Below, in pieces: positions 56,137 through 64,000 of a stretch of 64,000 bases of DNA. The stretch spans positions 960,001 through 1,024,000 of the forward strand of contig CBDBLO010000002.1 of assembly GCA_965207075.1 (NCBI GenBank), given 5' to 3'. The stretch comes from Nitrosopumilus sp. Lineage in GTDB: Archaea; Thermoproteota; Nitrososphaeria; Nitrososphaerales; Nitrosopumilaceae. The first letter of the stretch is position 1. Every line of letters starts with the position of its first letter. Both the position numbers and the translations under genes were made by a program. Under the pieces are notes generated by a model that was not told where the DNA came from, did not search any database, and saw only the letters and a program-made list of their open reading frames with translations.

Positions 56137-56853
56137 TCACTTGAGCATCCTTCCCAGCCGCCTGAACTCCTCAAGCGAGAGCTGCCCCGGGGCCACGGCC
56201 CTGCCGAGCGACACGTACGCGTAAGGGCTTCCCAGCTGCATGCAGAGCACGCGCGTCAGCCTGCCCGCGTCGCCCATTGCAAACGATATGAGGGTCCTCC
56301 TGCCCCCGCCTGCGCCCCTGCTGCCAACCCACCTGTACATCTCGAGCATGCGTATGGACTCGTCTGCATTCCTTGCCATGCATGCGAGCTTGACGCGGTC
56401 CGAGTATCTGAACATCTCCTGCATCCTTCTGCGCAGCGCGTCAGGCGACGGGGTGCGCGCAAAGCTGTGCCACGAGACCAGCAGGCGGGCGCCGCTCGCA
56501 TGCAGCGCCCCTGCCAGCCTCCTGCTCCTCTTGAGCGCGTCGTACTCGACGTCTAGCATGAACGGCCTGTACGCGGCTACCCTGCCGAGCATGTCGTACC
56601 TGGCCCCCTCCTGCCCCTCGTACCTGCCGCCGTCCCGCCTGTTTCGTACGGTGCAGACTATGCGCCTCCTCAAAAGGTCCGGCGGCAGCGAGTCGAGCAG
56701 TCCCTGCACGTCGTCGGGCCTCATATAGTCGAGCCGCGCCTCCGCGTACTCTGATCTCCTGAGCGCCTCCAAGAGCGCCCTGCGCATCGCCGCGGGGCCG
56801 CCCTTTGCCACTGAGACGCACGTGCTGTACCTGTTCTTTTTTGAAGCCATCAC
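56137..56853 (-). CDS. aroD: Type I 3-dehydroquinate dehydratase
   Basis: EARLD, TVR..DGG, SWH, KLA, AMG..G..TR, APGQL. Confidence 0.93.
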   Translation of the reverse strand: MMASKKNRYSTCVSVAKGGPAAMRRALLEALRRSEYAEARLDYMRPDDVQGLLDSLPPDLLRRRIVCTVRNRRDGGRYEGQEGARYDMLGRVAAYRPFMLDVEYDALKRSRRLAGALHASGARLLVSWHSFARTPSPDALRRRMQEMFRYSDRVKLACMARNADESIRMLEMYRWVGSRGAGGGRRTLISFAMGDAGRLTRVLCMQLGSPYAYVSLGRAVAPGQLSLEEFRRLGRMLK

Positions 56854-57977
56854 TTTTCTAAAATGTACTCGTCGGCGACCTCCATGCCAAAGTGCCTGCC
56901 CGCCGCCCTGCGGGCGTGCACCATCACCTTGTCGCCCACCTTGAGGTGCGTGACGGAGACCAGCCTCCCGCCCGGCTTTACAAACCTGATCGTCTCTGCG
57001 TCCTGCGCTATGATGCCGCCGGCCTCGCCGGCCGCCTCGGCCTTTATCATGAGCATGGGCCTGCGCTCTATCTTTGACCTTCCCACCGCTGCTCTCCTTG
57101 CGTGGCCCTCCGGCGTGAGTATGAGCACCTCTGAGCCCGTCTCTATCTCCGAGAGGTACTTTGTGGTGCCGTCCGGCGACGGGGTATAGCAGTGGACTGC
57201 CCCGGCGTTCACGCGGAACGGCCTCGGCGACGTAAACGACGAGCCGACCGACTCGTTGTGGACCAGGAACATAAAGTTTGACCGGCTCCCGATAAGCATG
57301 CCCTCGCCCCTCTTGAGCATCGAGGCCGTATCCACGCAGACGCGCTCGCCGTCGCCCACCTCCTTTATCTCGGTTATGGCGGCCGCCTCCATCCCGAAGC
57401 TCCTGCCGCCCATGTAAAGCATGACCTCCCGCACTTGGGATATGGACGACGCGGCGAATATCACGCCGTCCACCCCCACGTCTAGTATGGAGAACATCTT
57501 GCGGACCTCGGCCGGCGTGCGGGCAAGCGCAATTATCCTCGTGCTCATCTTGTGCAGCTTTGCTATGATGTTCTCAAGCGGTATGATCTTCCAGTCCTTT
57601 ACGTCCACTATGACAAAGTCGAGCCTCTTGCTTGCCGCGACACTCAGCACGTCCTCAATGTCCGCGTTCGACGTAATCTTAAAGCGCATGCCGTACCTCT
57701 TGCCGCCCCTTCTCCTTGGCGGCGAGGCAGGCCTTTTCGGGCCGCGGCCTCCGGCAAGCACCACGTAGTCGGCGCCTGCGTCAGCAAACATCGTCTTGAG
57801 GCCGCCCTTCTTCTTTCCCCTCCCGCCTGCGGCAATGCCCGGGTCGGCATATGCCGTCTGCAGGCCCTCTGCCCGCAGCTGCGCTAGGAACTCGCCCAGC
57901 TGTTTTCTGCCCTTCTGCTTGGGCTGTACTATCAGCTCCTTCCCGGACGCCGTCGTCGCGGAACCGTCACTGGCCAA
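56850..57977 (-). CDS. aroB': 3-dehydroquinate synthase II (archaeal)
   Basis: DWKIIPLENIIA, GERVCVDT, RPFRVNAGAVH, QDAETI, RHFG; TTG start inferred. Confidence 0.95.
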   Translation of the reverse strand: MASDGSATTASGKELIVQPKQKGRKQLGEFLAQLRAEGLQTAYADPGIAAGGRGKKKGGLKTMFADAGADYVVLAGGRGPKRPASPPRRRGGKRYGMRFKITSNADIEDVLSVAASKRLDFVIVDVKDWKIIPLENIIAKLHKMSTRIIALARTPAEVRKMFSILDVGVDGVIFAASSISQVREVMLYMGGRSFGMEAAAITEIKEVGDGERVCVDTASMLKRGEGMLIGSRSNFMFLVHNESVGSSFTSPRPFRVNAGAVHCYTPSPDGTTKYLSEIETGSEVLILTPEGHARRAAVGRSKIERRPMLMIKAEAAGEAGGIIAQDAETIRFVKPGGRLVSVTHLKVGDKVMVHARRAAGRHFGMEVADEYILEK

Positions 57978-58755
57978 GCTTCTTTGCCGCCTCCGTCGCC
58001 TTTGCACCCTTGAATATGACCGCGGCAAGCGCGTCGACCATTCTCTCGGGCGCGCCGTGCGCAAATATGTTCCTGCCGTACGTGACCCCGGCGGCGCCCG
58101 CCCTCATGGCATCCTCCGTCATCTGGAGCAGATCCATGTCCGTCTCCGCCTTTGGACCGCCGGCTATCACTATGGGCACCGGCGTGCTCTTTACTATCTT
58201 TGCAAAGGACTCGGTGTCCCCCGTGTATACGGTCTTTACGATGTCCGCCCCGCACTCGGCCCCGATGCGGGCCGCGTGGGCCACCACGGCCGGGTCGTGC
58301 GGGTCGCTGATGTTCTCGCCCCTCGGATACATCATTGCAAGCAGCGGCATGTTCCACCTGTGGCATGCGGCAGCAGTCATCCCGAGCTGCTCTAGCATCT
58401 CCGGCTCCTCCTTGCCGCCCACGTTGATGTGCAGCGACACGCCGTCTGCGCCCAGCGCGACTGCCTCTTTGACCGTCCCGGTCAGCATCTTGCGGTTCGG
58501 GGACGTGGAGAGCGACGTGCTGCTTGAAAAGTGCACCAGCACCCCTATGCGCGGCACGGGCTCTGGAAGCGCCTTTATGACTCCCTTGTTGACTATGACG
58601 CTGGTTATGCCCCTGTTCTGGCACCTGTATATGACGGAGGCGGGATCCTCAAGCCCCTCTATCGGCCCGTTTGATATCCCATGATCCATGGGTATGCAGA
58701 GCATGCGGCCGCGGCGCATTATCCTGGCCATTCGGAGCTGGACGCCTGTCACCAT
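57967..58755 (-). CDS. aroA': 2-amino-3,7-dideoxy-D-threo-hept-6-ulosonate synthase
   Basis: PMDHG, MMYPRG, GADIVKT, AGGPK, GRNIF; operon with aroB'-aroD. Confidence 0.93.
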   Translation of the reverse strand: MVTGVQLRMARIMRRGRMLCIPMDHGISNGPIEGLEDPASVIYRCQNRGITSVIVNKGVIKALPEPVPRIGVLVHFSSSTSLSTSPNRKMLTGTVKEAVALGADGVSLHINVGGKEEPEMLEQLGMTAAACHRWNMPLLAMMYPRGENISDPHDPAVVAHAARIGAECGADIVKTVYTGDTESFAKIVKSTPVPIVIAGGPKAETDMDLLQMTEDAMRAGAAGVTYGRNIFAHGAPERMVDALAAVIFKGAKATEAAKKLGQ

Positions 58756-59050
58756 CACACCGGCTCCGGGCTTCCCACTTAAAAACAATATAGGTTCCAC
58801 CGCCCTCCCCCCTTCCGCCCCCGCCCCCGCCCCCCAGATCCCACTTTACGACCAGGCGCCTCCCGCTCCTGGCATCGCGTAACGTATGCGCCGCATACGG
58901 CAGGCATCTCGGGGAATCCACCGAGGCGCAAGTCCTCGATTTGCCCGCATCAAAGCCGGCAGCACGAGAGGGGCCAGGAGGCGTCCCGCGCTGCTTGCAA
59001 GCCGCGCGCCATCGTCAAGAATTAAATAGAAAAATCCGTACATCCGGTGC

Positions 59051-60178
59051 ATGGGACCGGTCACTGCGCAGCTGCACCAGAGCGAGATCGGGGACATACT
59101 TGAGAGAGCAGTTGCGGGGCACGCACCTGACAGGCACGACTGCATGCGGCTCTTGAGGTCCGACGACGTCCACCTGATGGGAATGGCGGCCCGGCACCTC
59201 GTGCAGAGGCGCTTTGGGCGCAGGGCCACGTACGTGAACAACATCATACTCAACTACACCAACGTCTGCATAACGGACTGCACGTTTTGCGCCTTTTACA
59301 GGCCGCCCGGGCACGACGAGTCCTACACGCTTGACATCTCGCAGATCAGGGCCAGGGTGAAGACCGCGCACGAGATGTTCGGCATACGCCAGGTTCTCTT
59401 CCAGGGGGGTCACAACCCCAAGCTGGGCATCGAGTACTTTGAGGAGGCGTTCCGCATGATTCGCGACAGCTACCCGGGCGTGGGCGTGCACGCGCTCTCC
59501 CCGTCGGAGATAGACATGGTTGCCCGGGTGGAGCGGTCGTCCACCGCGGAGGTGCTCTCGCGCCTAAAGGAGGCCGGGCTGCAGTCCGTGCCGGGGGCCG
59601 GCGCCGAGATACTGAGCGACGACGTCAAGGACGTCATAAGCCCCAAAAAGATCTCAAGCTCCGACTGGCTGCGCATAATGAGGGAGGCGCACACGCTCGG
59701 GCTGCCGTCGTCGGCCACCATGATGTACGGGCATGCGGAGACCGTGTCTGACATCGCGGACCACTTTTTCGAGATTGCCAAGCTGCAGGAGGAGACGGGC
59801 GGCTTCATGGCGTTCATACCGTGGAACTTTGAGCCCGGCAACACCCCGATGCAGAGGGACGGACTGGTCGACAAGATCGTGACGTCCGAGTTCGGCTCAG
59901 GCGGCGTCCAGCTGCTCAAGATGATTGCGATATCCAGGCTCGTATACGACGCGTCCATACCCCACGTACAGTCGTCCTGGCTTACAAACGGGGTCGGCAT
60001 GGCGCAGCTTGCGCTGCAGTACGGGGCCGACGACTTTGGCGGCACGCTGATAGGCGAGGAGGTGGTGTCCTGCACGGGCGCCCGGTCGACGGAGCTGACC
60101 GGCGACATAATCCGGAACGCGATATCCCAGATGGGGTACGAGGCGGCCGAGCGCGACAACTTTTACAGGGACGTGTGA
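59051..60178 (+). CDS. mqnC: Radical SAM CofH/MqnC family, likely cyclic dehypoxanthine futalosine synthase
   Basis: NYTNVCITDCTFCAF, QGGHNP, PGAGAEIL, ATMMYGH, GADDFGG. Confidence 0.85.
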   Translation: MGPVTAQLHQSEIGDILERAVAGHAPDRHDCMRLLRSDDVHLMGMAARHLVQRRFGRRATYVNNIILNYTNVCITDCTFCAFYRPPGHDESYTLDISQIRARVKTAHEMFGIRQVLFQGGHNPKLGIEYFEEAFRMIRDSYPGVGVHALSPSEIDMVARVERSSTAEVLSRLKEAGLQSVPGAGAEILSDDVKDVISPKKISSSDWLRIMREAHTLGLPSSATMMYGHAETVSDIADHFFEIAKLQEETGGFMAFIPWNFEPGNTPMQRDGLVDKIVTSEFGSGGVQLLKMIAISRLVYDASIPHVQSSWLTNGVGMAQLALQYGADDFGGTLIGEEVVSCTGARSTELTGDIIRNAISQMGYEAAERDNFYRDV

Positions 60179-60199
60179 CGCGTCGCGGCGCATACGGCG

Positions 60200-61672
60200 T
60201 CACGGCAGCCCGTACTCTTTCCACCTCTTCTCGACGGTCCTTTTGGTGGCGTCGTCCGTCTCCACGGGCCTCTGGACCTCCCTCAGGTACCCTTCCGCGG
60301 CGGTCTTCTGGGTCGCATCTATCCCCAGCTTTGAGCCCAGGTTCACTATCCTCGCGGCCGGGTCCAGCGTGTCGGTGGGGGCGTCCCTGATTATGGTGGT
60401 GTCATGGGCCGCGTCCGCCCTCGTGGTGACCGCCCATATCACCTGCTCCATGTCGTGCACGTCGATGTCGGCGTCGACCACTATGATCATCTTCGTGAGG
60501 GCAAGCTGCCCCATGCTCCACAGGCCCATCATCACCTTTTTTGCCTGCCCTGGATACCGCTTTGCAATGGATACAATGGCAAGCCCCTGGAACCACCCGG
60601 CCGGCGGCATGGCAAAGTCGACCACCTCGGGGTGGAACATCTGTATGAGCGGCAGGAACGACCTCTCTATGGCCTTTCCGATGTAGGCGTCTTCCAGCAC
60701 GGGCCTGCCCACCACGGTGGCAAGGTATATCGGATCCTTGCGCGCCATCATGCCTGTCATGGTAAACACGGGATACTTCTCGACAGGGGTATAGTATCCG
60801 GTGTGATCCCCGAAGGGGCCCTCGTCTTCCAGCTCCGACGGGTCCACGTGCCCCTCTATCACGATCTCCGCGTTTGCCGGCACGTCGAGGTCTATCGTGC
60901 GGCACTTCACGGTCCTTATCCCCTCGCCCCCGCGCGCTATTCCTGCAAACAGGTACTTGTCCATTCCCTCCGGCACCGGGGCGACTGCCGAGAATATGGT
61001 GGCCGGCTCGCCCCCGATTATGATTGCGGCCGGTATCTTCTGGCCTGCCTCCCTTGAGATGTCGCCGTGCGCGGCCCCCCGCTTGTGCTTTTGCCAGTGT
61101 ATGATGCAGCGCGAGCCGTCGATTATCTGCATGCGGTATACACCGAGGTTTCGCACGCCGGTCTCCGGATGGCGCGTTGCCACCATGCCAAACGTGATGA
61201 ACCTGCCGGCGTCGTGCGGCCACGAGCGCAGTACCGGCATGGAGTCGAACCCGGCGCCCTTGGGCGCGGTCTCTGACACGGGCCCCGACTCTGCAGGCTC
61301 CTTTGGAAACGCGCCCGCCATCTTTGAGAGCTCCGGCAGGCTCTTTATCTTGCCGAGCAGTCCTGATGGAATCCTGATCTTGGACATGTCTGCAATGCGC
61401 CTGCCGATCTCGGTATAGTCTGCAGTACCCAGGGCGATCTCCATCCTCCTTGCGGAACCAAACGCGTTGCCCAGTATCGGCATCTCGTGCCCCTTGACGT
61501 TCTCAAAGAGTATGGCGGGGCCTCCGTCCCTGTCTCCGCCTTCGGGGCCGTATGAGATCCGCCGCAGTATCTCGGCCACCTCCAGGTCGGCATCGACCTC
61601 TGCTGAGACCCGCCTCAGCTCGCCCTCCTCCTCCAGTACGTCTACAAGCTCGCCGAGCCCGTCTATTGGCAT
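60200..61672 (-). CDS. ubiD: UbiD-family decarboxylase (menaquinone biosynthesis)
   Basis: NLGVYRMQ, EGPFGDHTGYY, LDP..SKLGIDAT. Confidence 0.92.
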   Translation of the reverse strand: MPIDGLGELVDVLEEEGELRRVSAEVDADLEVAEILRRISYGPEGGDRDGGPAILFENVKGHEMPILGNAFGSARRMEIALGTADYTEIGRRIADMSKIRIPSGLLGKIKSLPELSKMAGAFPKEPAESGPVSETAPKGAGFDSMPVLRSWPHDAGRFITFGMVATRHPETGVRNLGVYRMQIIDGSRCIIHWQKHKRGAAHGDISREAGQKIPAAIIIGGEPATIFSAVAPVPEGMDKYLFAGIARGGEGIRTVKCRTIDLDVPANAEIVIEGHVDPSELEDEGPFGDHTGYYTPVEKYPVFTMTGMMARKDPIYLATVVGRPVLEDAYIGKAIERSFLPLIQMFHPEVVDFAMPPAGWFQGLAIVSIAKRYPGQAKKVMMGLWSMGQLALTKMIIVVDADIDVHDMEQVIWAVTTRADAAHDTTIIRDAPTDTLDPAARIVNLGSKLGIDATQKTAAEGYLREVQRPVETDDATKRTVEKRWKEYGLP

Positions 61673-61859
61673 GTAACGCCTGCGGCGGCGCGGTATAAGG
61701 ATATGTTGCTTTTTCCTTGATCGTCCTTGCGGGCTGTTTGCGGCTCGGGGGTGGGGCAACGCTGCCGCCGCCGCGCGTCGGCCTTCCACCGGGCCGCGGA
61801 GCTCCGGGCCTCGCAGAGGAAGCGGGCGGATTAGCTATTTTTAACCGTCCCGCCGGGTA

Positions 61860-63242
61860 CAGTCAAGCCAATAGTTAGGCCAGACTAACTGGTTTTTGGC
61901 ACCGGCTTCAGCGCATGTCAAAAGTATCTGCGCGTATAGATCTATAAGAGGGCGTTCCAACGGAACTCTTCGTGACAACAGGACCACTGGAACGCGATAT
62001 GACGTCACGGATCGACGTTTATGAAAGTGTCGTCGGGACCATGGAGGGGATAGTGGCGCGCATGCTGCCCGTCTCGCATGCCCCGAACGCCGTGTTCACG
62101 GAGGGGCACCTGAACGACGGGCTGCTGCTGGGCGGGGTATTCAGCTCGTCCTCGTCCGGGCGCGCGGACTCTGCAAGGAGAGCGCACAACAGGATCATAG
62201 GGAGGAGGCTCGCGGAGGCGGAGGCGGCCATGCCCTGCGGCGAGTGGCAGCGAAAGCACCTCGCGAGGATCAGGCCCGGCACGGCGCTTGCGGCGTTTCG
62301 GGAGGAGCTCGACGCGAACCTGGACCTGCTCCGCGACCGGGGGCTCCTGCCGGGCAGGCTCGACGTGGCAATAGACATGCACCTCATACCGAGGTACGAC
62401 AAGGAGCGCGGGCCCGAGCTCCACAGGTCCAGGTGGAAGGACGGGACGCAGTGGTTTGAGCGCTACTTTACGATCCAGTCGGTGACCCCGGGGGCCAGGC
62501 TGACGCTCGGGGCGCTTCCGATGCCGGCGCTGGAGGACAGCGCGGATTACCTACGAAAACTGGTCACAATATGCAGGGGGCACGGGGTCGGGATCGGAGT
62601 CCTGATGGCCGACAGGGAGTTCTTTGACACGTCCGTGATGAGGGTGCTGGCCGACGAAAACATCGACTACATCATACCGTGCAGGAACACCACGACCGTC
62701 GTGGAGGAGATCAACAGGTTTGCAGCCGGCATGCGCGGGTCCAGGTCGGAGGTCGTCATATCGGACGGATACAACTGCGTCCGGTACACGGGAGTCATTG
62801 CAGTGCGCAAGAGGCGCGCCGGCGGCGGCGCGGATTACGACGATCCTGACCTGCCGCCGCACGAGCGCTACATCATGTTTGCTACGAACAACCCCGACCT
62901 CGACGTCGAGGAATACTCCCGGCGCTGGGGCGTCGAGACGGGGTACAGGATGATCGAGCACGCGAGGCCAAAGACCCGGTCCAAGAACGCGGAGCTGCGC
63001 GCGTTCTGCTTCCTTTACGGGATCATGCTGTTCAACGCGTGGGTGATGTTCAACATACTGCACGCGGCCCAGAACGCGCAGGATCATCCGGACTGGGACG
63101 GGACGCCCGTGGTAACGCAGGACGAGATGACCACGTACATTCTGCTGCGCATCCTAGCCCGCACGCTGCCTCCAAGGCCGCCGAAGCCGCCGCCGAAGCC
63201 GCCGCCCTAACCAGCCGTTTGGGGACGCTGTTGGGTTGACTG
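61860..63242 (+). mobile_element. Insertion sequence, ISH3-like (IS4 superfamily), 1383 bp, with TIRs and 5-bp TSD GGGTA
   Basis: Left TIR CAGTCAAGCCAATAG (61860-61874); right TIR reverse complement CAGTCAACCCAACAG (63228-63242), 13/15 match; GGGTA at 61855-61859 and 63243-63247. Confidence 0.92.
61972..63210 (+). CDS. DDE transposase, ISH3/IS4-like
   Basis: VAIDMH (D1), MADREFF (D2), YSRRWGVETGYR (YREK-type E); intact 412-aa ORF. Confidence 0.92.
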   Translation: MTTGPLERDMTSRIDVYESVVGTMEGIVARMLPVSHAPNAVFTEGHLNDGLLLGGVFSSSSSGRADSARRAHNRIIGRRLAEAEAAMPCGEWQRKHLARIRPGTALAAFREELDANLDLLRDRGLLPGRLDVAIDMHLIPRYDKERGPELHRSRWKDGTQWFERYFTIQSVTPGARLTLGALPMPALEDSADYLRKLVTICRGHGVGIGVLMADREFFDTSVMRVLADENIDYIIPCRNTTTVVEEINRFAAGMRGSRSEVVISDGYNCVRYTGVIAVRKRRAGGGADYDDPDLPPHERYIMFATNNPDLDVEEYSRRWGVETGYRMIEHARPKTRSKNAELRAFCFLYGIMLFNAWVMFNILHAAQNAQDHPDWDGTPVVTQDEMTTYILLRILARTLPPRPPKPPPKPPP

Positions 63243-63254
63243 GGGTAGGGTTGA

Positions 63255-63494
63255 ATGCCGGAAAGCGACAGTGATGGATGCGCCGTGTGCAAGGGCTCCG
63301 GCACGATAGAGCTGCTCGACCAACAGTGCCCGTTCTGCAACGGAACCGGCGAGCCCAGCAGGACTGCCGCGTCCTACATCAAGTCGCACATATGCCAGTG
63401 CGTCTTTCTCGACCGAAAGAAGTGTCCACTGTGCGGCAAGCCGTGCCACCACGACACGCCGAACAGGCCAAAAATACTGCTCAGTCCAGGATGA
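63255..63494 (+). CDS. Small Cys/His-rich zinc-binding protein
   Basis: CAVCKGSG..CPFCNGTG (DnaJ-type CxxCxGxG pair), then HICQC..CPLC..CHH. Confidence 0.78.
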   Translation: MPESDSDGCAVCKGSGTIELLDQQCPFCNGTGEPSRTAASYIKSHICQCVFLDRKKCPLCGKPCHHDTPNRPKILLSPG

Positions 63495-63513
63495 GCCGCG
63501 CGCACTCGCATCC

Positions 63514-63897
63514 TCAGAGCGGCGGAAGCTCGGTCTTTTTGTCGTACCCGCCGGAGCCGAACTTGCAGTAAAAGCAGAGCTCCGACTCCATGTACTTTAG
63601 CTTCTCTATCTTGATCGCCCCGATCTTGAGCGCAATCTTTGTCAGCATCTTGTACTTTAGCGGCATGCCCGGTATGACCTCGTCATAGTACACGCGGTAG
63701 TGGTCGGGGCAGAACCTGAGCTTCATCCGGGCCGGCTCGCCGCCGCCCTTGTTTGCCTCGTTGATCTGCTTTGTGTAGTTGACCTGCTCGCGTATGTACT
63801 CGTGCTTTGGGCACGGGCAGTCCTTGCCACCCGGGTGCTTGTATGCCGGTATGTTCTTCCAGTCGAATTCCGGATAGTCGTCCTCAAAGTCGTCCAT
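63514..63897 (-). CDS. Conserved hypothetical protein
   Basis: 127 aa with CPCPKH, FCPDH, CFYC; TTTTATA box upstream. Confidence 0.75.
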   Translation of the reverse strand: MDDFEDDYPEFDWKNIPAYKHPGGKDCPCPKHEYIREQVNYTKQINEANKGGGEPARMKLRFCPDHYRVYYDEVIPGMPLKYKMLTKIALKIGAIKIEKLKYMESELCFYCKFGSGGYDKKTELPPL

Positions 63898-64000
63898 GCG
63901 TGGTCTCCGGAGGTGTCTAGTTTGCCAGAGAATATAAAACTTGATCAGGGGCGCGTGCGATCTGTGGTGGGGCAGGTTCCGTCCGCCTGGCTTTGGCGGA

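Noticed and set aside
205-63571. Many long overlapping or antisense ORFs in the six-frame track (e.g. 13832-14755, 37870-38958, 49263-50093)
   Set aside because: Shadow ORFs expected at high GC opposite well-supported genes; Arg/Ala/Pro-rich with no motifs

Overview
Core-genome segment of an archaeon of the Thaumarchaeota/Nitrososphaerota, most like Nitrosopumilaceae. Support: archaeal ribosomal proteins, Spt5, Cbf5, intron-containing tRNAs, the AroA'/AroB' shikimate entry, a DnaJ-ferredoxin fusion, and no eL34/eL14 in the adk-DUF106-cmk-cbf5 block. GC looks high by eye (over 60%, not computed). With a LivJ-type binding protein and heavy microsatellite expansion, this suggests a host-associated (e.g. 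sponge) lineage, which is an inference. Most of the window is housekeeping: OFOR, r-protein clusters, SecY/SecE/FtsY, AlaRS/LeuRS, PEPCK, SOD, aro and menaquinone genes, and three tRNAs. The main unexpected items are: (1) a 44-aa CxC-rich metallothionein-like gene, absent from the ORF track, with its own TATA box and a 16/19 Fur-box match; (2) a complete ISH3-like IS with TIRs and a 5-bp TSD inserted between a TATA box and its gene; (3) simple-repeat insertions throughout essential proteins and spacers; (4) a stand-alone, apparently inactivated PLD-type domain beside tRNA-Glu; (5) several long, G-U-biased intergenic stem-loops that may be ncRNAs. No CRISPR, rRNA or provirus was seen.
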